Origin: a bacterium
GTDB taxonomy: Bacteria > Electryoneota > Electryoneia > Electryoneales > Electryoneaceae
Reading direction: 5' to 3'
Assembly (NCBI GenBank): GCA_043801585.1
Contig: JAZDLX010000179.1
Coordinates: forward strand, 1-64,000
Length of the DNA: 64,000 nt
The translations under genes and the position numbers were made by a program. The notes beneath the pieces were generated by a model that was not told the origin of the DNA, did no database searches, and saw only the letters and a program-made list of their open reading frames with translations. Shown piece after piece: positions 9,609-19,703 of the stretch (positions within the stretch are counted from its first letter, which is position 1; each line of letters opens with the position of its first letter).

Positions 9609-10388
9609 ATGAACGCAGAACGAGAACGCGCTTTTTCGATGATCGGACCAGAAAATCCCCGTATAACTGCCGAGGAAGCATTCCAGATTCTGCGCGACAG
9701 GCTGAAGCAGGGAGGGACGGATGGCCGTCCCGTGATCGTCTATGATCTTGACGCCACCCTGTTTGACAACCGGCCCCGTGTGATTCAGATCCTCGCCGAC
9801 GCGTTGGACCTTCCGGAGGGGAAGCGGCTAACGGAGGAGGTCCGTGCAGCGGTGGCGTCGGTGACGCCGGACCGGATGCGCTACCTGTTGAACGAGACTC
9901 TTGGCGACCACGGTGTTCATGACCCCGGGATTGTGGCGTGGTTTCTGGAGCGGTGGAAGGAACGGTTTTTCACGGACGACTATGTCCTTTATGACCACCC
10001 GACGCCCGGAGCCGTGGAATTCGTTCAGCGCCTGCAGAAAGAGGGAGCGCGCACCGTCTACCTGACGGGCCGCGACACCCCGGGAATGCGTAAAGGAACG
10101 CTCGAATCGCTGGAGAAGCACGTTTTTCCGCTCCCAGACGGGCAGGTATGTTACATGATCACAAAGCCGACCTTCGAGCAGTCCGATCCCGATTTCAAAC
10201 GGGACGCCATTGAAATCATTCACGGCCTGGGGACGGTGATCGGCGTGTTCGACAACGAACCGAAACCGATGAACGTCATCGTTCAGGCGTTCCCGGACGC
10301 CGAACATTTCTTCCTCGATACGATGCACAGCCCGGACGTGGAACCCCTCGTACCGGGCATCCGGGTGTTGCGGGATTTCCTCATTTGA
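9609..10388 (+). CDS. HAD-superfamily hydrolase/phosphatase
   Basis: Motif I YDLDATL, motif II YLTGR, motif IV FDNEP. Confidence 0.8.
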   Translation: MNAERERAFSMIGPENPRITAEEAFQILRDRLKQGGTDGRPVIVYDLDATLFDNRPRVIQILADALDLPEGKRLTEEVRAAVASVTPDRMRYLLNETLGDHGVHDPGIVAWFLERWKERFFTDDYVLYDHPTPGAVEFVQRLQKEGARTVYLTGRDTPGMRKGTLESLEKHVFPLPDGQVCYMITKPTFEQSDPDFKRDAIEIIHGLGTVIGVFDNEPKPMNVIVQAFPDAEHFFLDTMHSPDVEPLVPGIRVLRDFLI

Positions 10389-10509
10389 GGAGTCCTGCTC
10401 CGGTGTGGGAAACGGATGTGGCTTCGACTCCGTTTCGGTTGCGCCGGAAGCCGTAAGAAGACAACTTTCCAAAACTTGAACAGCACGTTCACCAAGCACA
10501 GGAACGACT

Positions 10510-11910
10510 ATGGCAGCCGAGGCACTCCCCTTCCAGCACAGCCGGGCATTTCGGCTCCGGCGATTTCTGAACTGGTTTCCGATGGGATTGACGTATGCGT
10601 TCCTCTACATGGGACGGTACAATCTCACGGTTTCCAAAAACGCCCTTGGCGACCTGATGACCAACGAGGACTTTGGCATCATTTTCGCCGTCGGCACCTT
10701 CACCTACGCGTTGGCGTTTCTGATTAACGGACCGCTGACCGACAAGCTGGGAGGCAAGAAAGCGATCCTGTTTGGTGCGCTGGGTTCAGGTCTGATGAAC
10801 CTGATTATGGGATTGACAATCCGCTCGATGCTGCTTACCGGGCATGAAGCCAACCTTCGCCTTGTGTTCAGTTTTCTCTATGCGGCCAACATGTACTTTC
10901 AGAGTTTTGGCGCGGTGGCGATCGTCAAGGTGAACGCGTCCTGGTTCCATGTACGTGAGCGAGGGATATTCGGCGGAATCTTCGGCATCCTGATCAGTCT
11001 CGGGGTTTACTTTGCTTTCGACTGGGGCTACGGCATCGTCGAGGCGACCAGAGCCACCCTCGACAGCCATCTCGGATTTCTCCAGGTGATCATCCGCCAT
11101 ATCACTGGCGCCACCAACGCGACCATCGACGAGACCTGGTGGGTGTTCATTGTGCCGACAGTGCTGCTCTGGGCGATGTTTCTGATTGAGGTGTTCCTGC
11201 TCCGCGACAAACCGAGCGAAGCGGGTTTTGAGGATTTCGACACGGCGGATGCCTCTTCCGGCGCGATGGACGAAAAGTTTCACCTTTTCGATGTGTTGAA
11301 AAAAATCCTGACCAATCCGATCATCCTGACGATTGCCGCAATCGAATTCTGCAGCGGGGTGATGCGCAACGGGATCATGCACTGGTACCCGATCTATATC
11401 AAGAGCGCCCTCCACTACGGCCCCGACCACTTCATGCGCGAGCACTGGGGGCTGATCCTGATGCTGGCGGGGGTATCCGGCGGGATGTTCGCCGGCTGGC
11501 TCTCGGATCATGTCTTCGGTTCCCGCCGTGGCCCCGTGGCGGCGCTGCTCTACGGTCTCATGCTTGCCGGCGCGATCACGATGGTGTTCACTCTGAAGTC
11601 GCCCTGGTACGTGCTCGGCGCGGTTGTCGGGTTCATGAGCCTCAGTGTGATTGGCGTGCATGGGATGCTCTCCGGCACCTCGACGATGGACTTCGGCGGG
11701 CGGAAAGCCGCGGCGACGGCGGTGGGTCTTATCGACGGCTTTGTCTATCTCGGCACGGCCGTCCAGTCGATCAGCCTTGGCTTTTTAACCACGGCAAACT
11801 GGAACTACTGGCCGCCCTTCCTGATTCCCTTTGCGGTTATCGGGCTGGTGCTGGCGATTAAGATCTGGCACGCCTATCCACAGCCGGCGAAGAAGGTGGA
11901 AGGGCACTAA
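10510..11910 (+). CDS. MFS transporter, GlpT/UhpC (organophosphate:Pi antiporter)-like
   Basis: YMGRYNL, GPLTDKLG, WFHVRERG, GLIDGFVYLG motifs; multiple TM segments. Confidence 0.82.
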   Translation: MAAEALPFQHSRAFRLRRFLNWFPMGLTYAFLYMGRYNLTVSKNALGDLMTNEDFGIIFAVGTFTYALAFLINGPLTDKLGGKKAILFGALGSGLMNLIMGLTIRSMLLTGHEANLRLVFSFLYAANMYFQSFGAVAIVKVNASWFHVRERGIFGGIFGILISLGVYFAFDWGYGIVEATRATLDSHLGFLQVIIRHITGATNATIDETWWVFIVPTVLLWAMFLIEVFLLRDKPSEAGFEDFDTADASSGAMDEKFHLFDVLKKILTNPIILTIAAIEFCSGVMRNGIMHWYPIYIKSALHYGPDHFMREHWGLILMLAGVSGGMFAGWLSDHVFGSRRGPVAALLYGLMLAGAITMVFTLKSPWYVLGAVVGFMSLSVIGVHGMLSGTSTMDFGGRKAAATAVGLIDGFVYLGTAVQSISLGFLTTANWNYWPPFLIPFAVIGLVLAIKIWHAYPQPAKKVEGH

Positions 11911-11941
11911 CGGCGGCACAGTTTATCTGGTGGCAAAATTT

Positions 11942-11973
11942 CTGAGGCCCGGAGACTATCTTCCGGGCCTCAG
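11942..11973. terminator. Hairpin between convergent MFS and relE genes
   Basis: 12-bp stem CTGAGGCCCGGA / TCCGGGCCTCAG; weak T tracts. Confidence 0.55.
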
Positions 11974-12026
11974 TCGTTTAGACGAAGGTTCATTATCATT
12001 GTGGACTTTTCTATGGCCATCAACGA

Positions 12027-12284
12027 TTACCGATATACATCTTTTCTGTGTCTAATTCGCGCAATCACTACTTCTTTTTTATTGTCATCAATAGCAAAGA
12101 TGATACGGTAATCGCCTATTCTAATTCTCCAGAAAGGCGGATTAGCCACCTTCATTTTTTGTACACCATCAGGACGAGGATTAATAGAGAGTCCATCAAC
12201 AGCAGTTCCAACTTTGTTTCGAAGATCAGCGGGTAAGTCTCGGTAGTCAGAATCAGCAGATCGAGTGAAAGATATCTCGTACAT
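12027..12284 (-). CDS. relE: Type II toxin, RelE/ParE family
   Basis: NPRPDGVQKM, WRIRIGDYRIIF, IRHRKDVYR. Confidence 0.9.
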   Translation of the reverse strand: MYEISFTRSADSDYRDLPADLRNKVGTAVDGLSINPRPDGVQKMKVANPPFWRIRIGDYRIIFAIDDNKKEVVIARIRHRKDVYR

Positions 12285-12293
12285 GCTGTGATC

Positions 12294-12602
12294 TTACTCC
12301 TTTTCCAGCCTACGTTGCTTGACTTCGCTCCAAGGAATACGTTCCGAGTCTTTCAAAGCCTTCTTCGCAGCAGCGGTATCGGCGAGGTCCAGCAGATACT
12401 CGAACAACTCGTACTCCTTTTCGGGCATTAACACACCAGCTACTTTACCACGCCTGTTGATGAACACCTTGGTGCCAGTATACTCGACGCGATTCAACAC
12501 CTCCCTGAAATCTTTACGAACGTCGCTAGCCTTCAAATTCTCAATTTGACCAGTCGCAGCAGCCCTCACCATACCGCCGCCTTCACGGCGATTAGCGATC
12601 AT
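12294..12602 (-). CDS. Phd/YefM-family antitoxin
   Basis: ASDVRKDFREVLNRV...INRRGK Phd motif; acidic C-terminus ending IPWSEVK; GGAGG RBS; upstream of relE; start could also be 12572. Confidence 0.85.
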   Translation of the reverse strand: MIANRREGGGMVRAAATGQIENLKASDVRKDFREVLNRVEYTGTKVFINRRGKVAGVLMPEKEYELFEYLLDLADTAAAKKALKDSERIPWSEVKQRRLEKE

Positions 12603-12657
12603 ATCACCTCCAAGCATCAGTCACACATTCATCTTCAGAATGTGTCAGGTACGTGAC

Positions 12658-12710
12658 GTGCTTTATGTACATCACGAACATAAAGTACTTCTTGTGCGCA
12701 ACTGTGTCAA
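12658..12710 (-). promoter_or_regulatory. TA operon promoter and operator
   Basis: TTGACA (12710-12705) - 17 bp - TACTTT (12687-12682), overlapped by inverted repeat GTGCTTTATGT-N9-ACATAAAGTAC. Confidence 0.7.
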
Positions 12711-12812
12711 CCTCTAGCTGGTATCCTCTTTGGGCATTGAGAGACTTAATCAGAATTTCAAGATTGAGAGCATGTTTTCTTGGGTTGCCCGGAAAACATC
12801 AATCAGTCAAAG

Positions 12813-12852
12813 AGAAATCCCACTTTCGGAATTTTCCGAAAGTGGGATTTCT
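12813..12852. repeat. 40-bp near-perfect palindrome (REP-like or terminator)
   Basis: AGAAATCCCACTTTCGGAA-TT-TTCCGAAAGTGGGATTTCT. Confidence 0.65.
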
Positions 12853-12880
12853 ATTAAGTGCCGCATTGCGAGAAACAGGT

Positions 12881-14272
12881 TCAGGCCGCTGCCTTTTGCG
12901 GGACGCCTTTCTGCACCCACTTGCGTCCGAGAATCAGGCCGATAGGGGTGATCATGGCGATGAAAGCGTAGAACAGCCACATCGTTCCGCTGTCCTGCGG
13001 TCCGTTCACCGGGATGAAATGCGCGATCATTGATCCGGCATAAAGGCCCGTTGTCGCCTTGGCGAGGAACCAGGGAATTCCGGCGAGACCCATGTACGCT
13101 CCCACCTTGCCAGCAGGCGCAAGGTTCGCAACGTACTCGAGGAAACGGCTGGACCAGATCGCCTCACCGAAGCTGAAGACGATGACATAAATGATCAGCG
13201 TGGCAAGGTGCGGTCCCGGAACGAGGATGAAGGTCGTCAACGCGGAGACGGTCGTGCCGATGATCATCATCTTGATGATGTTCGTGTTCCGTGTCATCGC
13301 CGCGATGGTGGGTACGAAAATGACGATGATGATCGGGTTGAGCGCCTGGAACCACTCATAGCGCGCGCCCACACCCGAGGGGAAACAGCGGACGACGTAA
13401 TCCGGCAGGGTCAGCCATTGATGGGCGAAAAGTGTGCGCACAGGAAGCAGAATGAAAATGAAGAAAAGGAAGCGGGAGTCAAGGAAGGGCAGTTCACGGA
13501 TTTTTTCCCAGGTTGTTTTTGCCAAGTCCGCTTCCGTCTTTTCTTCCGCCACCACTACACGTTGAGTGTCTTCGACCTTTTTCTTGAAAAAGAGCAATTG
13601 TATCGCGAGCATCAACACGGTAACTCCGACCATCACCCAGAAAACGGTGCCCGCACCACCGCCGTGACCAGCTTCGCTTGTACCCACGGCCGCTTCGCGA
13701 ATCAGCGGGCTTGCCAGGTCTCCGCCGACGATACCGAGGTTCATGATCGCATAGAGTATGCTGTAGCTGATGGTTACCGTGCGTGGATCTGTGTACTCCT
13801 TGACCCCGGCGTACAGTGTCGGCTGCAGAATGCCCTCGGCAATGCCCATGACAATCAGGGAGATCCAGAGCGTTCCTCCTGCAAACGATCCCATCCCTAC
13901 GGAACCCACGAGCAACAACCGTCCCGCGAGAACCATTGCCAGGCAGATGGTCAGTGCTTTGCGCACACCCAGCTTGTCCGTGATAAACCCGCCGCCAAAC
14001 ATGAACAACGTCACCATGCCGGTAAACGCGGAGACAGCGACCGTTTTCATCTCGTCGCTGAATCCCACTTCGCGTCCGATGTAGAGGGTGAGCAGGTTGA
14101 GAATGCCGAAATAGGCGATGCCGTCGAAGAAGTTGACCTGGTTGACCAACCAGAAACCCCGACTGGCGCCGAACAGGATTTTCAGGGTGTCCATCAGGCT
14201 CAGTTTTTCTTCAGGAGGTGTTTTGGCGGCTTGAGTGTCTGCGCTGGTGCCGGTCTCGTTCGGATCGGGCAT
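12881..14272 (-). CDS. MFS transporter, POT/PTR peptide-transporter-like
   Basis: AYFG, GGFITDKLG, YAIMNLG, QALNPIII, FGEAIWS motifs. Confidence 0.78.
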   Translation of the reverse strand: MPDPNETGTSADTQAAKTPPEEKLSLMDTLKILFGASRGFWLVNQVNFFDGIAYFGILNLLTLYIGREVGFSDEMKTVAVSAFTGMVTLFMFGGGFITDKLGVRKALTICLAMVLAGRLLLVGSVGMGSFAGGTLWISLIVMGIAEGILQPTLYAGVKEYTDPRTVTISYSILYAIMNLGIVGGDLASPLIREAAVGTSEAGHGGGAGTVFWVMVGVTVLMLAIQLLFFKKKVEDTQRVVVAEEKTEADLAKTTWEKIRELPFLDSRFLFFIFILLPVRTLFAHQWLTLPDYVVRCFPSGVGARYEWFQALNPIIIVIFVPTIAAMTRNTNIIKMMIIGTTVSALTTFILVPGPHLATLIIYVIVFSFGEAIWSSRFLEYVANLAPAGKVGAYMGLAGIPWFLAKATTGLYAGSMIAHFIPVNGPQDSGTMWLFYAFIAMITPIGLILGRKWVQKGVPQKAAA

Positions 14273-14559
14273 GGTGTCTCCGTTTTGTTGTACCGTTCCC
14301 GTTTCGAGGGCGTTGCGCCAATCTACCACGAGGGGCGTTAGGTGGCAATCCGAAAGGTGGGGCGACGCCGATTAGCGGTGGACTCCTTCCGGACAGTTGT
14401 GGCCATTCATGACGGATCGGCCTGGATCTCTCCGGAACGCAGGAAAAGCGAGTTTGGCTTGCCAAACATATCGTTTAATGTTAAACTGTTCCTGGCGGAG
14501 AATCCCTTCTTTCTCCTCCTGGATCCCGCCCCGGACATCAGCGTGCGAACGGAGGTTTC

Positions 14560-15519
14560 ATGCAACGGACAAACGGACTTCACCATATCACGGCGATCAG
14601 CGGCAATGCCCAACAGCATATTGATTTCTACACGGAAGGGCTGGGACTGCGGCTGGTCAAGCTGACGGTTAACTTCGACGACCCTTCGGTCTATCACACC
14701 TATTTCGCCGATATCCCTGGAACTCCTGGAACGGTGCTGACGTTTTTCCCCTGGGAGGGGATCAGGCGCGGCCGTGTCGGAGTCAGTCAAACGGCTGCGA
14801 TTTCCTTTGCCGCGCCGATGGGCTCGCTGGACGAATGGGTTGAGCGGCTGGCGGGGGCGGAGGCAGATGTGCAGGAAATCCTTGAGCGGTTTGGAGAACG
14901 TGTGCTGCGGCTGCATGACCCGGAGGGCCTGCCGCTGGAACTTGTCGAAACGGAACGCCAGGATCCACGTGTCCGGCCATGGACCGACGGCAGCGTTCCC
15001 ACCGGGATGGCGTTGGCTGGATTTGAAGGGGTGACGCTGGCGGTTCGTGACGTCTCCGCCACAGCGGCTGTGTTGACCGGCCTGATGGGCTACAGAGAAT
15101 TGGGCCGTGAAGGTTCGCGGATTCGTTACATCACAGGAGACGGCTTCGCGAACCAGGTGGTAGATTTGCTTGAACTGCCGCATGGAACGGTCGGGACGAT
15201 GGGGTACGGGACGGTGCATCACGTGGCGTTTCGAGTTGCTGATGACGAAGTGCAGGAGACCCTTCGCCGGGAGGCAATGGATGCCGGGCTGATGCCGTCA
15301 GAGATGCGAGACCGGCAGTATTTCCACTCGGTCTATTTCCGCGAGCCGAACGGCGTGCTGTTCGAACTGGCAACCGAGGGCCCGGGCTTTACGATTGACG
15401 AAAACGAAGCAGAGCTTGGAAGTGCGTTGAGATTGCCGCCCCAGTATGAGTCTCACCGCAGACAGATTGAGGCGCACCTCCCCTCACTGATTCTCTCGCA
15501 GACCGGGAGGGTTCTGTGA
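14560..15519 (+). CDS. Ring-cleaving dioxygenase / glyoxalase (MhqO-like)
   Basis: GLHHITAI, TVNFDDP, LTFFPW, VHHVAFR, DRQYFHSVYFREPNGVLFELAT. Confidence 0.9.
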   Translation: MQRTNGLHHITAISGNAQQHIDFYTEGLGLRLVKLTVNFDDPSVYHTYFADIPGTPGTVLTFFPWEGIRRGRVGVSQTAAISFAAPMGSLDEWVERLAGAEADVQEILERFGERVLRLHDPEGLPLELVETERQDPRVRPWTDGSVPTGMALAGFEGVTLAVRDVSATAAVLTGLMGYRELGREGSRIRYITGDGFANQVVDLLELPHGTVGTMGYGTVHHVAFRVADDEVQETLRREAMDAGLMPSEMRDRQYFHSVYFREPNGVLFELATEGPGFTIDENEAELGSALRLPPQYESHRRQIEAHLPSLILSQTGRVL

Positions 15520-16151
15520 CCGAGCGCCTTGATGCGTTTCATCCACATTGGGAACCCTCGAGAGAGAAGAACGCGCTCATGCTGCTTCTGCTGCACGGAA
15601 CGGGCGGAGACGAGCACCAGCTCGTTCCACTGGCGAGGCAGATCATGAACGGTCGTCCGGCATCCCTGCTTGGAATCCGTGGTCGCGTGAAAGAGGGATC
15701 GTCGAACCGTTTCTTTCGGCGGATTCGTGAGGGAGTATTCGACGAAAAAGACCTCGTGGCGCGAGCGCATGAACTCGCCGGCGCTCTCGACGATGCACAG
15801 GCAGAGTATGGATTTGAACCGGACCGTGTCATCGCGGTGGGGTACTCGAACGGGGCAAACATGGCGGCGAGTCTGTTGCTCCTTCACCTGGAAACCCTTG
15901 GCGGAGCGATCCTTTTTCGCGCGATGATGCCCCTCGAACCGGAAACAATTCCCGCAGTTGAGGGGAAATGGATCGCCATCCTTGAAGGCGAAAGCGATCC
16001 CTGGGCGCCTGCCGATCAGGGCGAGAGGCTGGCAGAGATCCTTCGCAATGGCGGCGCGGAAGTGAAATTCAGCATTCGTACAGGTGGGCACGACCTTACG
16101 GAGCAGGACATCACGATTGCCAGTGAATGGTTGGCAACGAAACCATTCTGA
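15516..16151 (+). CDS. Alpha/beta hydrolase (MhqD-like carboxylesterase)
   Basis: LLHGTGGDE, GYSNGAN, GGHDL; GTGA overlap with the dioxygenase. Confidence 0.88.
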   Translation: MTERLDAFHPHWEPSREKNALMLLLLHGTGGDEHQLVPLARQIMNGRPASLLGIRGRVKEGSSNRFFRRIREGVFDEKDLVARAHELAGALDDAQAEYGFEPDRVIAVGYSNGANMAASLLLLHLETLGGAILFRAMMPLEPETIPAVEGKWIAILEGESDPWAPADQGERLAEILRNGGAEVKFSIRTGGHDLTEQDITIASEWLATKPF

Positions 16152-16274
16152 TGTCCGTTTTACCCGGCGGCGTGTCGCTGGGAAAATGAAGGCAGTCCGA
16201 GTTTCCCGAGTCTGGCAGTAAACTCAAAAGAAAACGCTTTTGCAGTCCACTTTCTGTCTGCATGAAATGAGGTA

Positions 16275-17768
16275 TCACCCCACCAGCACACTCCCACCGG
16301 TGAATTCCCGCAAAATACTTGTCGGCGGAAGGTGGCGATTGAGCAGTTCCTGATCGATCGGCACGACAGCTTTCAACAACACCCGTAACCGCGCCACTTC
16401 GCTTTGCACCTCCGGGTCATTCGCCCCCGCGAGCGCTTTTTCGGCGAGCGGCTTCAACGCGTTCAATTCAAACGGCTGGGTCGAGTTGAACATCTCGTCC
16501 GCCTCTTCCTGGAAGGGAAAGATGTTCCGCAACTCCCCGAGCCGCACCGATGCCCAGCGTGTCAGCGTGTCATTGGCCGAATAGCCGCGCGCTCTGAGGT
16601 CACGCACCATACGCCGCAAAAGTCGCAAATCGGTGGTCGAGGCCCTGTTCAGATAGTCGAAGTTGGGGTGGGTCAGCGCCGAGACGTACACCTTGAATGT
16701 CGCTGCCTTGGTTACATGCGGTGTCAGTTTCGGGTTCAGACCGTGAATCCCTTCGACGATCAGGATGCTCTGAGGGTCGAAGGTGACCGGGGGTCCGGGA
16801 AGGCGCTTGTGGGTTTTGAAACTAAGCCGCGGCAACCGGACCGTCTCGCCGGAGATGAGACGGAGCACGTGTTCGTTGAACAGCTCGACGTCGAGCGCCT
16901 CGAGCGCTTCATAGTTGTACCCGCCATCCTCCGAATGAGGTACTCGTTTCCGCGGCAGGTAATAATTGTCCAGTCCGAGGGCATAGGGCTTCAGGCCGAG
17001 CAAGCGCAGGTGGGTCGCCAGCCGCATCGAAAAGCTCGTTTTTCCCGAGGAGGAAGGGCCGCTGATCAGAACGACCATTGGACGGGGTTTCGTGCCAACA
17101 ATTCTGTCCGCAATGTTGGCGATGCTCCGTTCGTGCTGCGCCTCGCTGACCTGGATCAGGTCTTCAAGGCCACCGTTGCGAATGCGTTCGTTCACCTGGC
17201 TGACGTAATTTGCCCCGTGAACTTTTCCCCACTGTTCGCCTACGTAGAAGGTGCGGAAAAGGGTGGGACGTTCACGGTAAGGTTTGAGCTCTTTCGTTCC
17301 GTTGGGAGGCATGCGCAGCAAAACCCCGGGAGGGTAGTGGACGAGATCCCAGGTGCCGATGGCTCCGGTGCGGTCGAGGGGCATTCCCTTGAACGCATGA
17401 AGGTTTTTTCCAATGCGGAAAACGGGGGGGAGTGTGCCTGGGTAGTCGTTCAACCAGGCCCACGCCCGTGTGTGGCCGCATTTCTTGATTTGAGCGAGGG
17501 CTGCCGCACGATGGACATTGGCAGGTTTGATCGGTTTGTTCGCCGCGATCATTTTCGCCATCTCTTCTTTGATCCGTTTGACTTCCGCGGGCAGGACGGA
17601 TTTGTCGCCCAGAAGCTGAATGAAGAAACCGTCGCCAACGCTGTATGAAAGGCGAACATCCCAACGTTTTTCGGTTGCTTCGAGGAGGAGGATCAACAGC
17701 GTGCGCAACTCCCTGCGGTGACGTTCCTGAACGTTCGTGTCAAAGAGCCGGGCGGCGACATTACTCAT
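16275..17768 (-). CDS. Nucleoside (uridine) kinase with ThrRS-like N-terminal region
   Basis: Walker A SGPSSSGKT, LDNYY, IVEGIHGLN, RLLRRMVRD, IFPFQE. Confidence 0.85.
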   Translation of the reverse strand: MSNVAARLFDTNVQERHRRELRTLLILLLEATEKRWDVRLSYSVGDGFFIQLLGDKSVLPAEVKRIKEEMAKMIAANKPIKPANVHRAAALAQIKKCGHTRAWAWLNDYPGTLPPVFRIGKNLHAFKGMPLDRTGAIGTWDLVHYPPGVLLRMPPNGTKELKPYRERPTLFRTFYVGEQWGKVHGANYVSQVNERIRNGGLEDLIQVSEAQHERSIANIADRIVGTKPRPMVVLISGPSSSGKTSFSMRLATHLRLLGLKPYALGLDNYYLPRKRVPHSEDGGYNYEALEALDVELFNEHVLRLISGETVRLPRLSFKTHKRLPGPPVTFDPQSILIVEGIHGLNPKLTPHVTKAATFKVYVSALTHPNFDYLNRASTTDLRLLRRMVRDLRARGYSANDTLTRWASVRLGELRNIFPFQEEADEMFNSTQPFELNALKPLAEKALAGANDPEVQSEVARLRVLLKAVVPIDQELLNRHLPPTSILREFTGGSVLVG

Positions 17769-17825
17769 GATTCCCCCTGGATGCGAAAAGAACAGCAGAA
17801 TTTCAGTCAGGGACACTGAACGGCA

Positions 17826-18602
17826 TCAGCGGCCTTTGAATTCCGGTTTGCGTTTTTCGAGGAACGCCCGGGTGCCTTCGGAAGCATCTTCGCTGGCAAA
17901 GGTTAATCCGAAGAGATCTGCCTCCATGCGCAGACCGTCGTGCAGAGACACGGCGAGTCCACGATACACCGCTTCCTTGGTGTTGCTCACGGCGACGGGG
18001 CCCTGGGCGAGAATCGTCGACGCCATTTCTTTCGCCGCGTCAATCAGCGATTCAGCCGAAACGACACGGTTCGCGAGCCCGATGCGGTAGGCTTCCTCTG
18101 CAGAGACGTTGTTGCCGGTGAGCAGGATTTCCAACGCATGACCGGTTCCAACGAGGCGAGGGAGCCGTTGTGTGCCGCCAAACCCGGCGATCACGCCGAG
18201 CTTCACTTCGGGTTGACCGAATACGGCCAATTCCGAAGCGATCCGGAAGGTACAGGCCAGGGCGACTTCACAGCCACCGCCGAGAGCGTACCCGTTGACA
18301 GCGGCGATCACCGGCTGTGGCAGATTCTCGATCTTGTTCAGCAGGGCCTGGCCATAAAGCGAATAGGCTTGAGCCGCAGGGACGTCCAGGCTGTTCAGCT
18401 CGGAAATGTCCGCGCCTGCGATGAACGCCTTTCCGGCGCCCGTGAGAATGACAACTCTGATATCAGACCGCTCGGCGATCTCGTCGAATACCATGTGCAT
18501 CTCCTCAAGGAGGGAGCGTGCAAGCGCGTTGACCTTGGGGTTGTCAAGGGTGACGACAGCGATTCCCTCGGATACATCCAGGTGAAGCTTTTTGTAACTC
18601 AT
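17826..18602 (-). CDS. Enoyl-CoA hydratase (crotonase)
   Basis: AFIAGADI, GYALGGGCE, FGQPEVKLG motifs. Confidence 0.92.
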   Translation of the reverse strand: MSYKKLHLDVSEGIAVVTLDNPKVNALARSLLEEMHMVFDEIAERSDIRVVILTGAGKAFIAGADISELNSLDVPAAQAYSLYGQALLNKIENLPQPVIAAVNGYALGGGCEVALACTFRIASELAVFGQPEVKLGVIAGFGGTQRLPRLVGTGHALEILLTGNNVSAEEAYRIGLANRVVSAESLIDAAKEMASTILAQGPVAVSNTKEAVYRGLAVSLHDGLRMEADLFGLTFASEDASEGTRAFLEKRKPEFKGR

Positions 18603-18823
18603 GACTGGAGCCTCCCTGCTCGGTGTTAAACGATGAGAAAAATGGGGCACACTGTGCCGGGGAAGGAATATGGCAACAGGATGGGGTCAACGCCAGCGCT
18701 TGAACTCGCCGACAGATGTCAAGATGACTATCCTCCCGTTGTGGGATGAAAGTCTGGCGCAAGAAATCAGATGCTTGTACTTTTGCGCAAACCCTTTACA
18801 AAGGGGTACGTCAGGGGGAATAC

Positions 18824-19552
18824 ATGCCGGAAACGATCCTCATTGTCGATGATGAAGAAAACCTTCGGAAACTGGTCACTCACTTTCTCGAGCGCGAAGG
18901 GTACCGGGTTATTGACGCGATGGATGCGCTGGAGGCGATCCGCATCGTGGAACACGAGAAACCTGACCTGATAATCCTGGACGTATCGATGCCGGATATG
19001 AGCGGGTTTCAGCTTGCGGCCATGCTCCGGGAACATCCGACCACCCGCCGCTCTCCGGTGCTGTTCCTTTCCGCCCGAAAGGAGATCGAGGACAAGCTGC
19101 TCGCGTTCACTCTGGGTGCGGTGGACTACATTCAGAAACCCTTCGACGGAGAAGAACTCGCAGCGAGGGTGAACGCTCACCTGCGCGAACGAAGGGAAGA
19201 GAAAGAGGAGCAGGAGTCGGTCCGTATCGAAACGGTTTCCCAGCTGATGATTACCCTCGGGCATTATATCAACAATTCACTGATGGCGATGTTGGGTCAC
19301 GCACAGATTACAAACAGCGACAACCCGGAACAAGTGGAGGAGTTTCGCCGTTCGGTCGTTCGTAGCAGCGAACGGATCCGCACCGTGGTGGAACTCCTGC
19401 GCGAGATGGTTGAGCGAAAGGAGCTGGCGACAACCAATTACGCCGGAGTCAACTACACGATGTTCGACATCCAGAAGGAATTGGATCGCCGCATGGAAGA
19501 GGTGAACAGGAAATTAGAAACGAAGGGGGAGAGTCAGTCGAATAAGCCGTAG
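18824..19552 (+). CDS. Response regulator: REC domain plus HisKA/DHp-like helix pair
   Basis: LIVDD, ILDVSMP, YIQKPF; H-box-like GHYINNSL; no ATPase domain. Confidence 0.82.
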   Translation: MPETILIVDDEENLRKLVTHFLEREGYRVIDAMDALEAIRIVEHEKPDLIILDVSMPDMSGFQLAAMLREHPTTRRSPVLFLSARKEIEDKLLAFTLGAVDYIQKPFDGEELAARVNAHLRERREEKEEQESVRIETVSQLMITLGHYINNSLMAMLGHAQITNSDNPEQVEEFRRSVVRSSERIRTVVELLREMVERKELATTNYAGVNYTMFDIQKELDRRMEEVNRKLETKGESQSNKP

Positions 19553-19703
19553 CTCCGGCACTGCTTCGGGCGCCTACCAACAAGTTCAGCCTGGCACGTT
19601 AAACCTCTCCAGGCAGACATTCGACCTCGCAGGACATTGATGAAACGTAAACCTGCCACGTTTCCAGCCGTTCAGAGCATTGCGGGTACCGGTATGACAA
19701 CTG

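Noticed and set aside
9284..9745. 153-aa ORF in the tetR-HAD intergenic region
   Set aside because: No motif, TTG start, overlaps the HAD gene
19589..19663. Four degenerate CCTG/CAGG-like units between the response regulator and queG
   Set aside because: Units are too divergent and irregularly spaced to call a repeat array or CRISPR
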